NCBI GenBank assembly: GCA_963976655.1
Contig: CAXBLB010000010.1
Coordinates: 32,725-96,724 of the forward strand
DNA from: an uncultured Halieaceae bacterium
GTDB lineage: Bacteria; Pseudomonadota; Gammaproteobacteria; Pseudomonadales; Halieaceae
DNA: 64,000 nucleotides
Reading direction: 5' to 3'
The notes below the pieces were generated by a model that was not told the DNA's origin, did no database searches, and saw only the letters and a list, made by a program, of their open reading frames with translations. A program made the position numbers and the translations under genes. Shown here in pieces: positions 56,307-64,000 of this stretch (position 1 is its first letter; each line of letters opens with the position of its first letter).

Positions 56307-56726
56307 CTAGCCGTCTACAGCGGGAGGCGCCCGACGCACGGAGGCAGGCATCTGCAGCATCTCGATGCGAACCCGGGTGAATTTTCCATCCATGAATTCA
56401 TAGCTTCCGCGCAGCCGTAGGTCAATCGATTCGCCGGGCAGCATGGCAAATCCAAAAAAATCGGCTACCGGCTGCTTGGCGGTAAATCGGTCCAGAATTT
56501 CCACGGTCGCCGTATTCTCCTGAATACTGATATGCAGTGGCGTCATATTATCGTGGAACTGTGCGATCAGGCCACGATAGGTTGCCAGGAGATTCTCTGC
56601 ACCGTGCCGGGCGCCCTCTTCCGTAACCAGTTCCACATCGGCATGATAAAATTCCGCCAATGCATCCGCGTCCTCACTGTTATAGGTACTGTAATAGGAG
56701 CGCATGAATTTTTCGTTCAGGCTCAC
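56307..56726 (-). CDS. SnoaL/NTF2-like protein
   Basis: YYSTYN..D.DAL.EFY..DV pattern; GTG at 56726 starts 2 nt after the upstream stop. Confidence 0.75.
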   Translation of the reverse strand: MSLNEKFMRSYYSTYNSEDADALAEFYHADVELVTEEGARHGAENLLATYRGLIAQFHDNMTPLHISIQENTATVEILDRFTAKQPVADFFGFAMLPGESIDLRLRGSYEFMDGKFTRVRIEMLQMPASVRRAPPAVDG

Positions 56727-56727
56727 G

Positions 56728-57987
56728 CTATTGCACCTGCAACAGTTGCACATGGTTGCTGAAAACCTTTTGGTAAAGCACCGTGCCTTTCGCTATCTGT
56801 ACCGCCAGGGGCTCCTCGGAAGCCGCCGCGGAAGAATCAATCGAGATATGCCAGGTAGCTTCATCTGTGCTGTCTTGCGCGACTCGCGCACGCGGATCGA
56901 CGCCCTTCGCAATTGCCTCGAGGCCTTCGCCAAAACCTGTCTGCAACAGTGTTTGCCAGCCCAGTTGCGCGTTGTCTTCGCTGGCAATACCGGGTAACAG
57001 GCGCAGTGTTGCATGTGAGTCATCGTGCTTCTCCAGTACCATGGGCTGGTAGTCCTGCGGTTGAAACAGGGGGTGCACGCCAAGCACCGTCAGAATTCCA
57101 TCGATGCCGCCGCCCGCAACACCGGCCCATTTCGCCAGACGCTCGCCGGTTACCCAGCCACTGCCGATCATCTGGAATTCGGCGACCTTCTGTGCGGCCG
57201 TCCGGCCGTAGAGCTTTTCAATGATCATGGTCATGCCCTTGATCAGCAGGTTCACCTGCAATGCGAGCTCCTGACAAACCACCACCAACGCTGCGTGTGA
57301 GAATTGCTCAAGGTGTAACTGTTCGTGAACCTCGCCGGCGTAGTCCTGCATGCCACCGCTTTCAAGTTCCCGCTCGGGTCTCACCAGGCTTAGTTGCGCG
57401 AGTCGTGATTGTCCGAGTTCAACGGCAACGTCTGGTTCACCCAACTGTTCGGCGGAGGCGTCAATAATAACGTTCCATTCACAGTGCGGCGTGCGCTCTG
57501 CGGGCTGTCTTGGGGGCCGGTGCACTGGCCGCACGCGGGCACGCGGATTGGTGGCGATCGCCGTCGCATCGAAGGTCGGGTCTTCTATATCGTGGCACAT
57601 CGTGCGCACGGCCTCATCGCCCCTGGGCTCGGTTTCCAGCAGAGCACCGCAACTCTCCAGCCAGAAGCGGCCACTGGCAGGCGAGAACACTTCAAAACGT
57701 ACGTTGAAATACTGGTGGGAGAAACCGCATTCCAGTTGCAGGCCCTTGAAGATGGTTGCCACATCGTCACCGCCGGCAAAACCCATCGCGCGCTGCATGC
57801 GCCGTGTGTACACCGGGCTCGCCGCCATCCAGTTATCGATTGCAACTGTCTTGTACGACTCATCGCCATGGTTCATGCGCAGTGCTGCATAACCACAACG
57901 ACTGTTGAACTGCGCCGTAGCCATATACTCGCGGCCAAGCTGCGCAAGCTGTTCTCTGCTGAGATCTGCAATGGTATTCGAGGGCAT
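56728..57987 (-). CDS. Conserved protein of unknown function, similar to a mycobacterial/actinobacterial family
   Basis: W.AASPVYTRRMQ.A, DVATIFKGLQL, CGALLE.EP, MCHDIEDPTFDATA, PHCEW recalled from actinobacterial hypotheticals; GGAG RBS before ATG at 57987. Confidence 0.75.
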   Translation of the reverse strand: MPSNTIADLSREQLAQLGREYMATAQFNSRCGYAALRMNHGDESYKTVAIDNWMAASPVYTRRMQRAMGFAGGDDVATIFKGLQLECGFSHQYFNVRFEVFSPASGRFWLESCGALLETEPRGDEAVRTMCHDIEDPTFDATAIATNPRARVRPVHRPPRQPAERTPHCEWNVIIDASAEQLGEPDVAVELGQSRLAQLSLVRPERELESGGMQDYAGEVHEQLHLEQFSHAALVVVCQELALQVNLLIKGMTMIIEKLYGRTAAQKVAEFQMIGSGWVTGERLAKWAGVAGGGIDGILTVLGVHPLFQPQDYQPMVLEKHDDSHATLRLLPGIASEDNAQLGWQTLLQTGFGEGLEAIAKGVDPRARVAQDSTDEATWHISIDSSAAASEEPLAVQIAKGTVLYQKVFSNHVQLLQVQ

Positions 57988-58088
57988 CGCGGCTCCGGTT
58001 CCAGTAAGCGGTTGTGGGGTGATGTTCCGGCCTGCAACGGCGGACGATGGAAATTGCAGACTGCACAGAATGCTACCGGCCAATTGTT

Positions 58089-58102
58089 ATAGTTGCAACT
58101 AT
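58089..58102. promoter_or_regulatory. Perfect 14-bp palindrome ATAGTTGCAACTAT, candidate repressor operator
   Basis: Intergenic between divergent genes; a 12/14 copy lies at 62748-62761. Confidence 0.6.
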
Positions 58103-58226
58103 GTTTCGCTTGGTGGAGAATGTTCGGGAAACAGCCTCCCGCCCTGCTCCCGGGCGGTATATGCGGCACCCAGTCCGCGGCATCGCGCCAAATTACCCGG
58201 CACTGCCGGAAGCAATGGAGAACAGT

Positions 58227-59090
58227 GTGAAATTCTGGCAATCGCTCGCCTTCGTGGAAATGGACCAGATCGTGGAACTGGCGCAATTCTGCGAAGAGCT
58301 CGGCTTCCACGGCGTCTCCTACGGCGATCATCTGGTGACCACCAAAGCGCAGGTGGATGAATACCTCTATCGCGATTCGGGAAATATTTTCTGGAGCCCC
58401 GACACACACTGGCCCGATCCCTGGATCATGAGTGGCATTCTTGCACAGGCAACGACCACCCTGAATTTTCTCAGCACCATCTACATCCTCCCCCTGCGCG
58501 ACCCGCTGAGTGTCGCGAAAGCGCTGTCGACGGTTGCCTTTATGTCGGGCAATCGCGTGACTCTGGGCGTTGGCGTGGGGTGGCAGAAGGCCGAGTTCGA
58601 CATGGTCGGACAGGATTTCCATACACGCGGCAAACGCGCGGATGAAATGCTGGAAATCATTCCCGCTTTAGTGAGCGGTGAGATGACGGAGTTTCACGGC
58701 AGGTTCTACGAAATCCCGGCGGTAAAAATGTCGCCGGGACTCAGCCAGCCCCTGCCCATCATGGTGGGCGGGTATGCACCGGCAGCGATGCGGCGTGCCG
58801 CCCGCATGGACGGGTGGATGGCAACCTCGCATACAGAGGAGGAAGTTTACCCCCTGCTGGAATCGCTCAAGACAATTCGCAGCGAGCAGGGCACCGCCGA
58901 CAAGCCTTTCGATATCTGGACGGGGGTAAAGAATCCGGGCGACGGCACGCACGAGCGCCTCGCAGAAGCCGGCGTGACGATGGTCAACGGCTGCAACTTT
59001 CTCGATGAAAGTCAGCAGACCACGGTCTCCAGCCTGGACGACAAAAAACGCAAACTGGAGGCCTTCGCCAGGCGCTTTCTGGCAAACTGA
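58227..59090 (+). CDS. Luciferase-like monooxygenase (LLM) oxidoreductase, TIGR03619-like, probably F420-dependent
   Basis: KFWQSLAF, GDHLV, WPDPW, LPLRDP, LGVGVGW..EF, RGKRADEM, VGG; GTG at 58227 follows a GGAG RBS. Confidence 0.8.
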   Translation: MKFWQSLAFVEMDQIVELAQFCEELGFHGVSYGDHLVTTKAQVDEYLYRDSGNIFWSPDTHWPDPWIMSGILAQATTTLNFLSTIYILPLRDPLSVAKALSTVAFMSGNRVTLGVGVGWQKAEFDMVGQDFHTRGKRADEMLEIIPALVSGEMTEFHGRFYEIPAVKMSPGLSQPLPIMVGGYAPAAMRRAARMDGWMATSHTEEEVYPLLESLKTIRSEQGTADKPFDIWTGVKNPGDGTHERLAEAGVTMVNGCNFLDESQQTTVSSLDDKKRKLEAFARRFLAN

Positions 59091-59111
59091 GGCGCGCCGG
59101 CAAGGTGCAGC

Positions 59112-59585
59112 TCAGGCGGGTTTGCGCGCCATCAGCGTGGCGCAGCGAATGCTGAACACGGCATCATCCTGCTGGTTCAGCAACTGCGACGCGTAAACCA
59201 CGATGCCGCAACCGGGTTTGCTTCTGGATTCCCTCGTCTCATCCACCACGGTCACGCAACGCAAAATATCGCCGGCATAAACGGGCTTGTGCATGCGCAT
59301 ATCATCAAAGCCAAGGCTGGCCACGGCCTGCTGTGCGGCGCCATTCTGCCAGTCGACACTGGTAAGGCAGTAGATGGAAAAAATGTGTGCCGAACAGGCG
59401 GTGAGCCCACCGAACATCGATTGCCGGGCCTGTTCTTCGTCAACGTGCCAGGGCTGCGGGTCCCACTTGCGCGCAAAGGCTATGACTTCCGCTTTCTCCA
59501 CCCGATAGGAGCCGCACTCCACACGGTATCCCTCGCGGTGGTCTTCAAAGAAAAACGGCGTTTTCTGCTTGGCGTTGTTGGACAT
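59112..59585 (-). CDS. MaoC-family dehydratase
   Basis: FFEDH.EG, FARKWDPQPWHVDEE.A..S.FGGL, PVYAGD. Confidence 0.85.
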   Translation of the reverse strand: MSNNAKQKTPFFFEDHREGYRVECGSYRVEKAEVIAFARKWDPQPWHVDEEQARQSMFGGLTACSAHIFSIYCLTSVDWQNGAAQQAVASLGFDDMRMHKPVYAGDILRCVTVVDETRESRSKPGCGIVVYASQLLNQQDDAVFSIRCATLMARKPA

Positions 59586-59599
59586 CGGGGCTCGCGTGT

Positions 59600-60610
59600 T
59601 CAGGCAGATTTAGGACAGGTTGCGGCGTCGAGATAACCGGCTTTTACCATCCAGCGCAAGGTGTCGGCGAAGGTGTCACGAGGTGATCTCAAACCGAGGC
59701 CGCGGCGGTCCAGTTCTTCGGTGTTGGGAATATCGGGCCAGAGCGTCGCGTAGCGCATGGTTTCGGCCGACAGCGGTGAATCAATCTTCCTGAAACGTCG
59801 CGCAGCGTCCATCATTCTTCCCACCAGACGCAACTTCCAGCCCTGTGCGGGTATGCGTTCCAGCTGCGCGCCAGAGACGGCTTCTATCAGGTCTGCCTGT
59901 TCGGTCCAGGTGCTGTAAACCCCCGGCAGCAGGTGGCGCCCATTGCCGCCGTCTTCGATCAGGGACCTTATGAATGCGGCAAGATCGCGAACATCAATGT
60001 ACTGCATGCCGCCGTCGCCAAAAATGCGGAAGCCGTTATCGATGCGGTGTTTGATCGCCTTGCAGGAATCGGAGAACCCCGGGTCGTCCGGCCCCAGAAT
60101 GCCCCCCGGATAAACGATCGCCACCGGTGCGCCCTGCTCCTGCAGGCCGCGCAAATACAACTCCGCCTGTATCTTGCTCTGCCCGTAGGGCATGCTCGAG
60201 GGCGTGGGAGGTGCATCGGGCGTTACCTTGCTGGCATCGGGGTTAAAAATGGCAGTGATACTGGAAATACATACGATACGCGAAACACCCGCCGCCAGTG
60301 CCTCTCCGACCACGTTTTTTACACCGCCGACATTCACTGCAAACAGTTGCTCGATGGAGCCGATCTGCATCGGCGTGGCGGCGGCCGCATGTACCAGGCC
60401 TTCGCAGCCCGCAAGTGCTGCCGTGACCGAACTGCGATCGGTGACATCGCCGGTTACCATTTCGGGAGGTGTTTCGCGCAACTGCGCAAAATAGTTGTGG
60501 GCCTTGTCCGCGTTGCGCACCAGCAGGCGCACATCGTGCCCGGCATGCTGCAGCGCTCTGCAGGCATGCGAGCCTACCAGGCCGGTTCCTCCCGTAATCA
60601 GAACACGCAT
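59600..60610 (-). CDS. Extended SDR (NAD-dependent epimerase / 3beta-HSD / dihydroflavonol reductase-like)
   Basis: TGGTGLVG, HAAA, SS, YGQSK catalytic YxxxK, PG.ILGP.D. Confidence 0.85.
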   Translation of the reverse strand: MRVLITGGTGLVGSHACRALQHAGHDVRLLVRNADKAHNYFAQLRETPPEMVTGDVTDRSSVTAALAGCEGLVHAAAATPMQIGSIEQLFAVNVGGVKNVVGEALAAGVSRIVCISSITAIFNPDASKVTPDAPPTPSSMPYGQSKIQAELYLRGLQEQGAPVAIVYPGGILGPDDPGFSDSCKAIKHRIDNGFRIFGDGGMQYIDVRDLAAFIRSLIEDGGNGRHLLPGVYSTWTEQADLIEAVSGAQLERIPAQGWKLRLVGRMMDAARRFRKIDSPLSAETMRYATLWPDIPNTEELDRRGLGLRSPRDTFADTLRWMVKAGYLDAATCPKSA

Positions 60611-60617
60611 CGGTGCG

Positions 60618-60833
60618 TCATTCGACCTCGGTGACCGTGATCACATGGTTGGGACAATAGCGCGCAGCCCGCGTGACCTTGTCACGCAGGGTCTCTGGCG
60701 GGCACTCCACAAGTACGCTCACCTGCGGATAGCCGTCATCCTGTTCTACAACGTCAAACACTTCCGGGCACTCACCCAGGCACACGCTGTGACCCTGGCA
60801 GAGGTCGAGATCGACGCTGATTTTCATTGCCAT
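60618..60833 (-). CDS. [3Fe-4S] ferredoxin, Rv0763c-like P450 partner
   Basis: DLCQGHSVC (CxxHxxC) and C-terminal CP motif; directly downstream of CYP51. Confidence 0.9.
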   Translation of the reverse strand: MAMKISVDLDLCQGHSVCLGECPEVFDVVEQDDGYPQVSVLVECPPETLRDKVTRAARYCPNHVITVTEVE

Positions 60834-60846
60834 TGTATATCCCTCC

Positions 60847-62193
60847 CTACTGACGTTTCTTGTAGCGCAACCTGCAGGGAGAACTGGGCTTCAACACCAT
60901 TGCCGAGAAATCATCCTGATAGCTCTCCGAGGGCTCAACCAGATCGAATTCATAGCGCGGCAGCAATGCTGCAAAAATCGACTTGAGCTGCATCATCGCG
61001 AAGGCGTTGCCGGCGCACTTGTGCGGCCCGCCGCCAAAAGGAATGAAAGTCCAGAGATTGTCAGGCTTCGGGCGGTGTGGATCGAAGCGCTCGGGGTCCG
61101 GGAAGAAATCCGCATTGCGATGTGAACCGAAGGTTGAAATCGCGACGGTTTTACCGGCCTCTATCAGAGTGCCGTTGTAATCAATGTCCTCGATGACACG
61201 ACGCATCAGCAGTATCAGTGGTGGATGCATGCGCAGCACTTCTTCAATAAAGCGCTCAAGCCGCGGAATTTCCCTGAGTGCCTCAAGGGTGAGTGCCTGC
61301 CCGTCCTTGAACAATGTGTGCAGTTCATCCAGCACTTCCCCGGCGTAGGCTTTCTGCCGCGCGAGTTCCACCAGCGTCCAGGTGGCGGTGCCAGAGCTGG
61401 TGTGGTGACCGGCGAACATGGTGGCAATCACCAGGCCGGTGACTTCATTCTCCGTAAGGTGCGAGCCATCCTTGTAGGTACCGGACATAAACGTCTCAAG
61501 AGCGTCACCGTAATTGGTGTCACTGTTGGCGCGACGCTCCTTGATCATACCGCCGATCAGTTCCTGCAGCCGGACCAGTGCCTTGTCGCGCGCTTCGAAT
61601 ACCGGCTGCTGCATGTAAGGGTCGACAAAGGCAATCGCCTGCAGGCCCTTCTCCAGCGCGTGATACAGCTCCTTGAATTCGTCCGTCATTTTGTAGCGGA
61701 AATCGGCCCCGAGCAGACAATGGCAGGCGGTGTGCAGTGTGAGCTGCACAAACTCATCGAGAAAATCCAGCTCCCCTTCTTCGCCCCAGCCCGCGACCCA
61801 GTCTTCCACTTCCTGGGCGATGATGGCGGCGTAGTGTTGCATGTTCTGGTACCGCAGTGCGTCCACCTGAATCTTCAGCTGGGTTTTCATCCTGTCCGGC
61901 GGGGCATCGAAAATGACCCCTTTGCCAAACACCGGCACCGTTGCCTGATACGCCGCAGCCCTGCTCAACTTCTTGTCCAGTGTTTTCAGGAACGCTTCCT
62001 GCGCCTCGGGACCGCTCATCAGCACTGTTTGCTGGCCGCCCATGTTGAACTCGGCCAGTTCGCCGCATTCCGCGTTGCAACGCATGAGGAATCTGGCGAA
62101 ATTGACGCCGAATTCCTCCATGTGTCCAACCCCGGGCTTCTCGCCGCTGACTTTCGGCGGCAGGTTTAACGGCGTATCGGCTGTTTGCGACAT
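60847..62193 (-). CDS. cyp51: Cytochrome P450 CYP51B-like (sterol 14-alpha-demethylase family)
   Basis: I-helix MFAGHHTSSGTATW, EVLRMHPPL.LLMR, heme motif FGGGPHKCAG, B' region PVFGKGVIFDA; colinear with M. tuberculosis CYP51B1 as remembered. Confidence 0.9.
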   Translation of the reverse strand: MSQTADTPLNLPPKVSGEKPGVGHMEEFGVNFARFLMRCNAECGELAEFNMGGQQTVLMSGPEAQEAFLKTLDKKLSRAAAYQATVPVFGKGVIFDAPPDRMKTQLKIQVDALRYQNMQHYAAIIAQEVEDWVAGWGEEGELDFLDEFVQLTLHTACHCLLGADFRYKMTDEFKELYHALEKGLQAIAFVDPYMQQPVFEARDKALVRLQELIGGMIKERRANSDTNYGDALETFMSGTYKDGSHLTENEVTGLVIATMFAGHHTSSGTATWTLVELARQKAYAGEVLDELHTLFKDGQALTLEALREIPRLERFIEEVLRMHPPLILLMRRVIEDIDYNGTLIEAGKTVAISTFGSHRNADFFPDPERFDPHRPKPDNLWTFIPFGGGPHKCAGNAFAMMQLKSIFAALLPRYEFDLVEPSESYQDDFSAMVLKPSSPCRLRYKKRQ

Positions 62194-62194
62194 G

Positions 62195-62692
62195 CTAGCT
62201 CTCCTTGACCTGCTGAGCGGACATGACCGGCATCTCCTTGAGAATGCCTTTTTCGACGCACTCCTTGATCAGGTTCGTAATTGAGGTGTAGTCGTACATA
62301 TCCAGTTGCTCCGACCACTGATAATTGCCGCCGTACTTGAACCAGGAGGCGCCGATCACTTTCATCTCCGAGCCATCTTCGCGCACTGGCGCGCCGGGTG
62401 GAGTTTGCCACCAGGTGACAAACGCCTCGCCACGGGTCTCGTCGATAACAATCTTGTCGTAGGGGTAAGTCCAGCCCGCATAGGGATCCATGGCGGCGCC
62501 CACGCAGGTTTCGCGCACGGTTTCCCGATCGTTAAATTCGTATTTGCCATTCGGCGTATCCCAGCCGTAGGTCACATCCGGCGTGTAAAAGTCGGCCAGC
62601 GAGCGCCAGTTTCCCTCGCGCTCGGCCTTGTCGTTCACGGCCAGCCAGCGCTGCATCATCTCTTCCATTTCTTCCCGACTGTATTCAGACAT
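62195..62692 (-). CDS. NTF2/KSI-fold protein, Rv0762c-like
   Basis: RWL.N..AER.G.W..LADFYT.D.TYGW, GW.YPY..VIDE..GE, G.SWF.Y.G match remembered Rv0762c; stop is 1 nt from the cyp51 ATG. Confidence 0.8.
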   Translation of the reverse strand: MSEYSREEMEEMMQRWLAVNDKAEREGNWRSLADFYTPDVTYGWDTPNGKYEFNDRETVRETCVGAAMDPYAGWTYPYDKIVIDETRGEAFVTWWQTPPGAPVREDGSEMKVIGASWFKYGGNYQWSEQLDMYDYTSITNLIKECVEKGILKEMPVMSAQQVKES

Positions 62693-62723
62693 TTCGACTC
62701 CTGCTTGGAATTCTTGACAGACT

Positions 62724-62773
62724 GCGACAAGATACCGAATATATTTTATAGCTTCAACTATTATCGTTGTCGC
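62724..62773. promoter_or_regulatory. Operator region between the cyp51 operon and tetR
   Basis: Inverted arms GCGACAAGATA (62724-62734) and TATCGTTGTCGC (62762-62773) flank ATAGCTTCAACTAT (62748-62761); TTGACA at 62714-62719. Confidence 0.5.
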
Positions 62774-62870
62774 GATGGTGCACTGGCCCGGCGGTCGCGC
62801 GAGAGACAGACGCCCGCATATGGGCGATACTCACCCGGGACTTCTGCAACAGGCAACAGGGAGGCCGTTC

Positions 62871-63473
62871 TTGAACAGCAGCAAGCAGAGCAAGCGTCAA
62901 TTGACCCGCGAGAAGGTCATTCGGGCAACGATTGACTGCATCTATCGCGAGGGCTTTCACGCTGCCCACACCAACCGGATAACCGAGGAGGCTGGCGTTA
63001 CCTGGGGCGTTTTGCAATACAACTTTGGTGATAAAGACGGTCTGCTACAGGCCGTGCTGGAGCATATCTTCGAGGAGTTTTTCAGCACGCTGGCCAACAC
63101 ACGGCTGGACGGCGCAGATATCCGCGAGCGTCTCACCCAGCTCAGCGACAGCATATGGCAGTTGCTGAGCCGCAAGGAGTACCGGGTGAGCGTGGCGATA
63201 TTGCGCAATGCCGGCAAGGATACAGCCTCAAAAATAAACGGCCAGCGCCTCCTCAAGTTGTGGGCCGCCAGAGCTTCGGAGCTGTGGGATGAACTGCTGA
63301 AAGACGACGTTGCCGATTCGCCCATGAGCGAGACCGCAAGGCACCTGCTGTTTGCCGGACTCAGGGGGCTCGCCGACGATATCAACCCGCGGGTTCGTCT
63401 CACCCGCAACGCGTGGCAGGCGGAGCGTGAAGCGTTGGGTGACGCTATCGCCTATCTGCTTTTGCAGGACTGA
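62871..63473 (+). CDS. TetR/AcrR family transcriptional regulator
   Basis: HTH TREKVIRATIDCIYREGF...ITEEAGVTWGVLQYNFGDK; TTG at 62871 follows a GGAGG RBS; divergent from the cyp51 operon. Confidence 0.88.
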   Translation: MNSSKQSKRQLTREKVIRATIDCIYREGFHAAHTNRITEEAGVTWGVLQYNFGDKDGLLQAVLEHIFEEFFSTLANTRLDGADIRERLTQLSDSIWQLLSRKEYRVSVAILRNAGKDTASKINGQRLLKLWAARASELWDELLKDDVADSPMSETARHLLFAGLRGLADDINPRVRLTRNAWQAEREALGDAIAYLLLQD

Positions 63474-63514
63474 CTATACGCCCGGGCAAACCGAAAAACA
63501 GCACAGCGCCGGGT

Positions 63515-64000
63515 TCAGCACCGGGCCACTTCGGCGCCCTCCCCCAGGGCCGCGATCTCCTCCCCCAGCAACTTCAGAAACTGCGCGCCTACCGCACCGT
63601 CGATGACGCGGTGGTCGCAGGAAAGAGTTGCGCTGAGCATACTGGCAATTGCCGGTGCCCCGTCTTTTACCACCACCTGCTGCTGTGCCTTCCCCAGCGC
63701 GAGGATGGCGCCCATGGGCGGATTGATAATCGCCGTGAAACGCGACACGCCAAACATGCCCAGATTGGACAGCGTAAAGGAGCCGCCGCTGATGTCATCC
63801 CGTTGCAATTCTCCGGCTGCCGCCTTTGCTGACAGCGCGGCTACCGCCGCGGCAATTTCTGTGGGCGACAGGGTCTGCGCTTTGCGCAGTGTCGCCGGGT
63901 ACAGCCCGTCGTCGGTGGCGATGGCAACGGCGATATTGGCGTCCCGGAACTGGTGAATCACGTCGTCTATGAGATTGACGTTAACCCGCGGTTCCCGCAC
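63515..64000 (-). CDS. 2-oxoacid dehydrogenase E2 acyltransferase (PdhC/AcoC-like), catalytic C-terminus, 5'-truncated
   Basis: GGSFTLSNLGMFG, AIINPP..AIL, LSCDHRVIDGA. Confidence 0.9.
   Translation of the reverse strand: MREPRVNVNLIDDVIHQFRDANIAVAIATDDGLYPATLRKAQTLSPTEIAAAVAALSAKAAAGELQRDDISGGSFTLSNLGMFGVSRFTAIINPPMGAILALGKAQQQVVVKDGAPAIASMLSATLSCDHRVIDGAVGAQFLKLLGEEIAALGEGAEVARC

Noticed and set aside
59600-62692. De novo sterol biosynthesis cluster
   Set aside because: No squalene synthase, epoxidase, cyclase or C14 reductase in the window; the context is catabolic and regulator-linked

Overview
GC-rich chromosomal segment of a Gammaproteobacterium. The core gene order is Pseudomonas/Cellvibrionales-like, and the accessory content suggests Halieaceae (OM60/NOR5); this taxonomy is inference. 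The window spans the replication terminus: a near-canonical dif site lies at 53991-54018, and the KOPS-like GGGCAGGG octamers I found all point towards it. From left to right: (1) 3' end of meaB, then a putative sigma54 stress module (lipoprotein, sodB, hypothetical, PRC-barrel-like protein, NtrC-type regulator, divergent -24/-12 promoters); (2) an ethylmalonyl-CoA pathway cluster (mcd, divergent mch, ecm, second meaB, Chloroflexus-type mcl, divergent mcl2); (3) conserved core backbone roxA-purB-hflD-mnmA-nudJ-rluE / icd-clpS-clpA / infA-bpt-aat-trxB / ftsK-lolA-rarA-crcB-serS-cysG / prc; (4) GST-superfamily, acyl-CoA dehydrogenase and SDR genes; (5) a translationally coupled egtB-egtD-ABC transporter-PhzF-like operon; (6) assorted enzymes, patatin and dif; (7) an actinobacterial-like block with DUF3604, SnoaL, an unknown protein, an LLM oxidoreductase and a TetR-associated operon Rv0762c-like NTF2 - CYP51 - [3Fe-4S] ferredoxin - extended SDR - MaoC, whose two divergent promoter regions share a 14-bp palindrome; (8) 3' part of an E2 acyltransferase. 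No rRNA, tRNA, CRISPR array, integrase or transposase was recognised. Homology statements come from motifs and remembered reference sequences, not from database searches.
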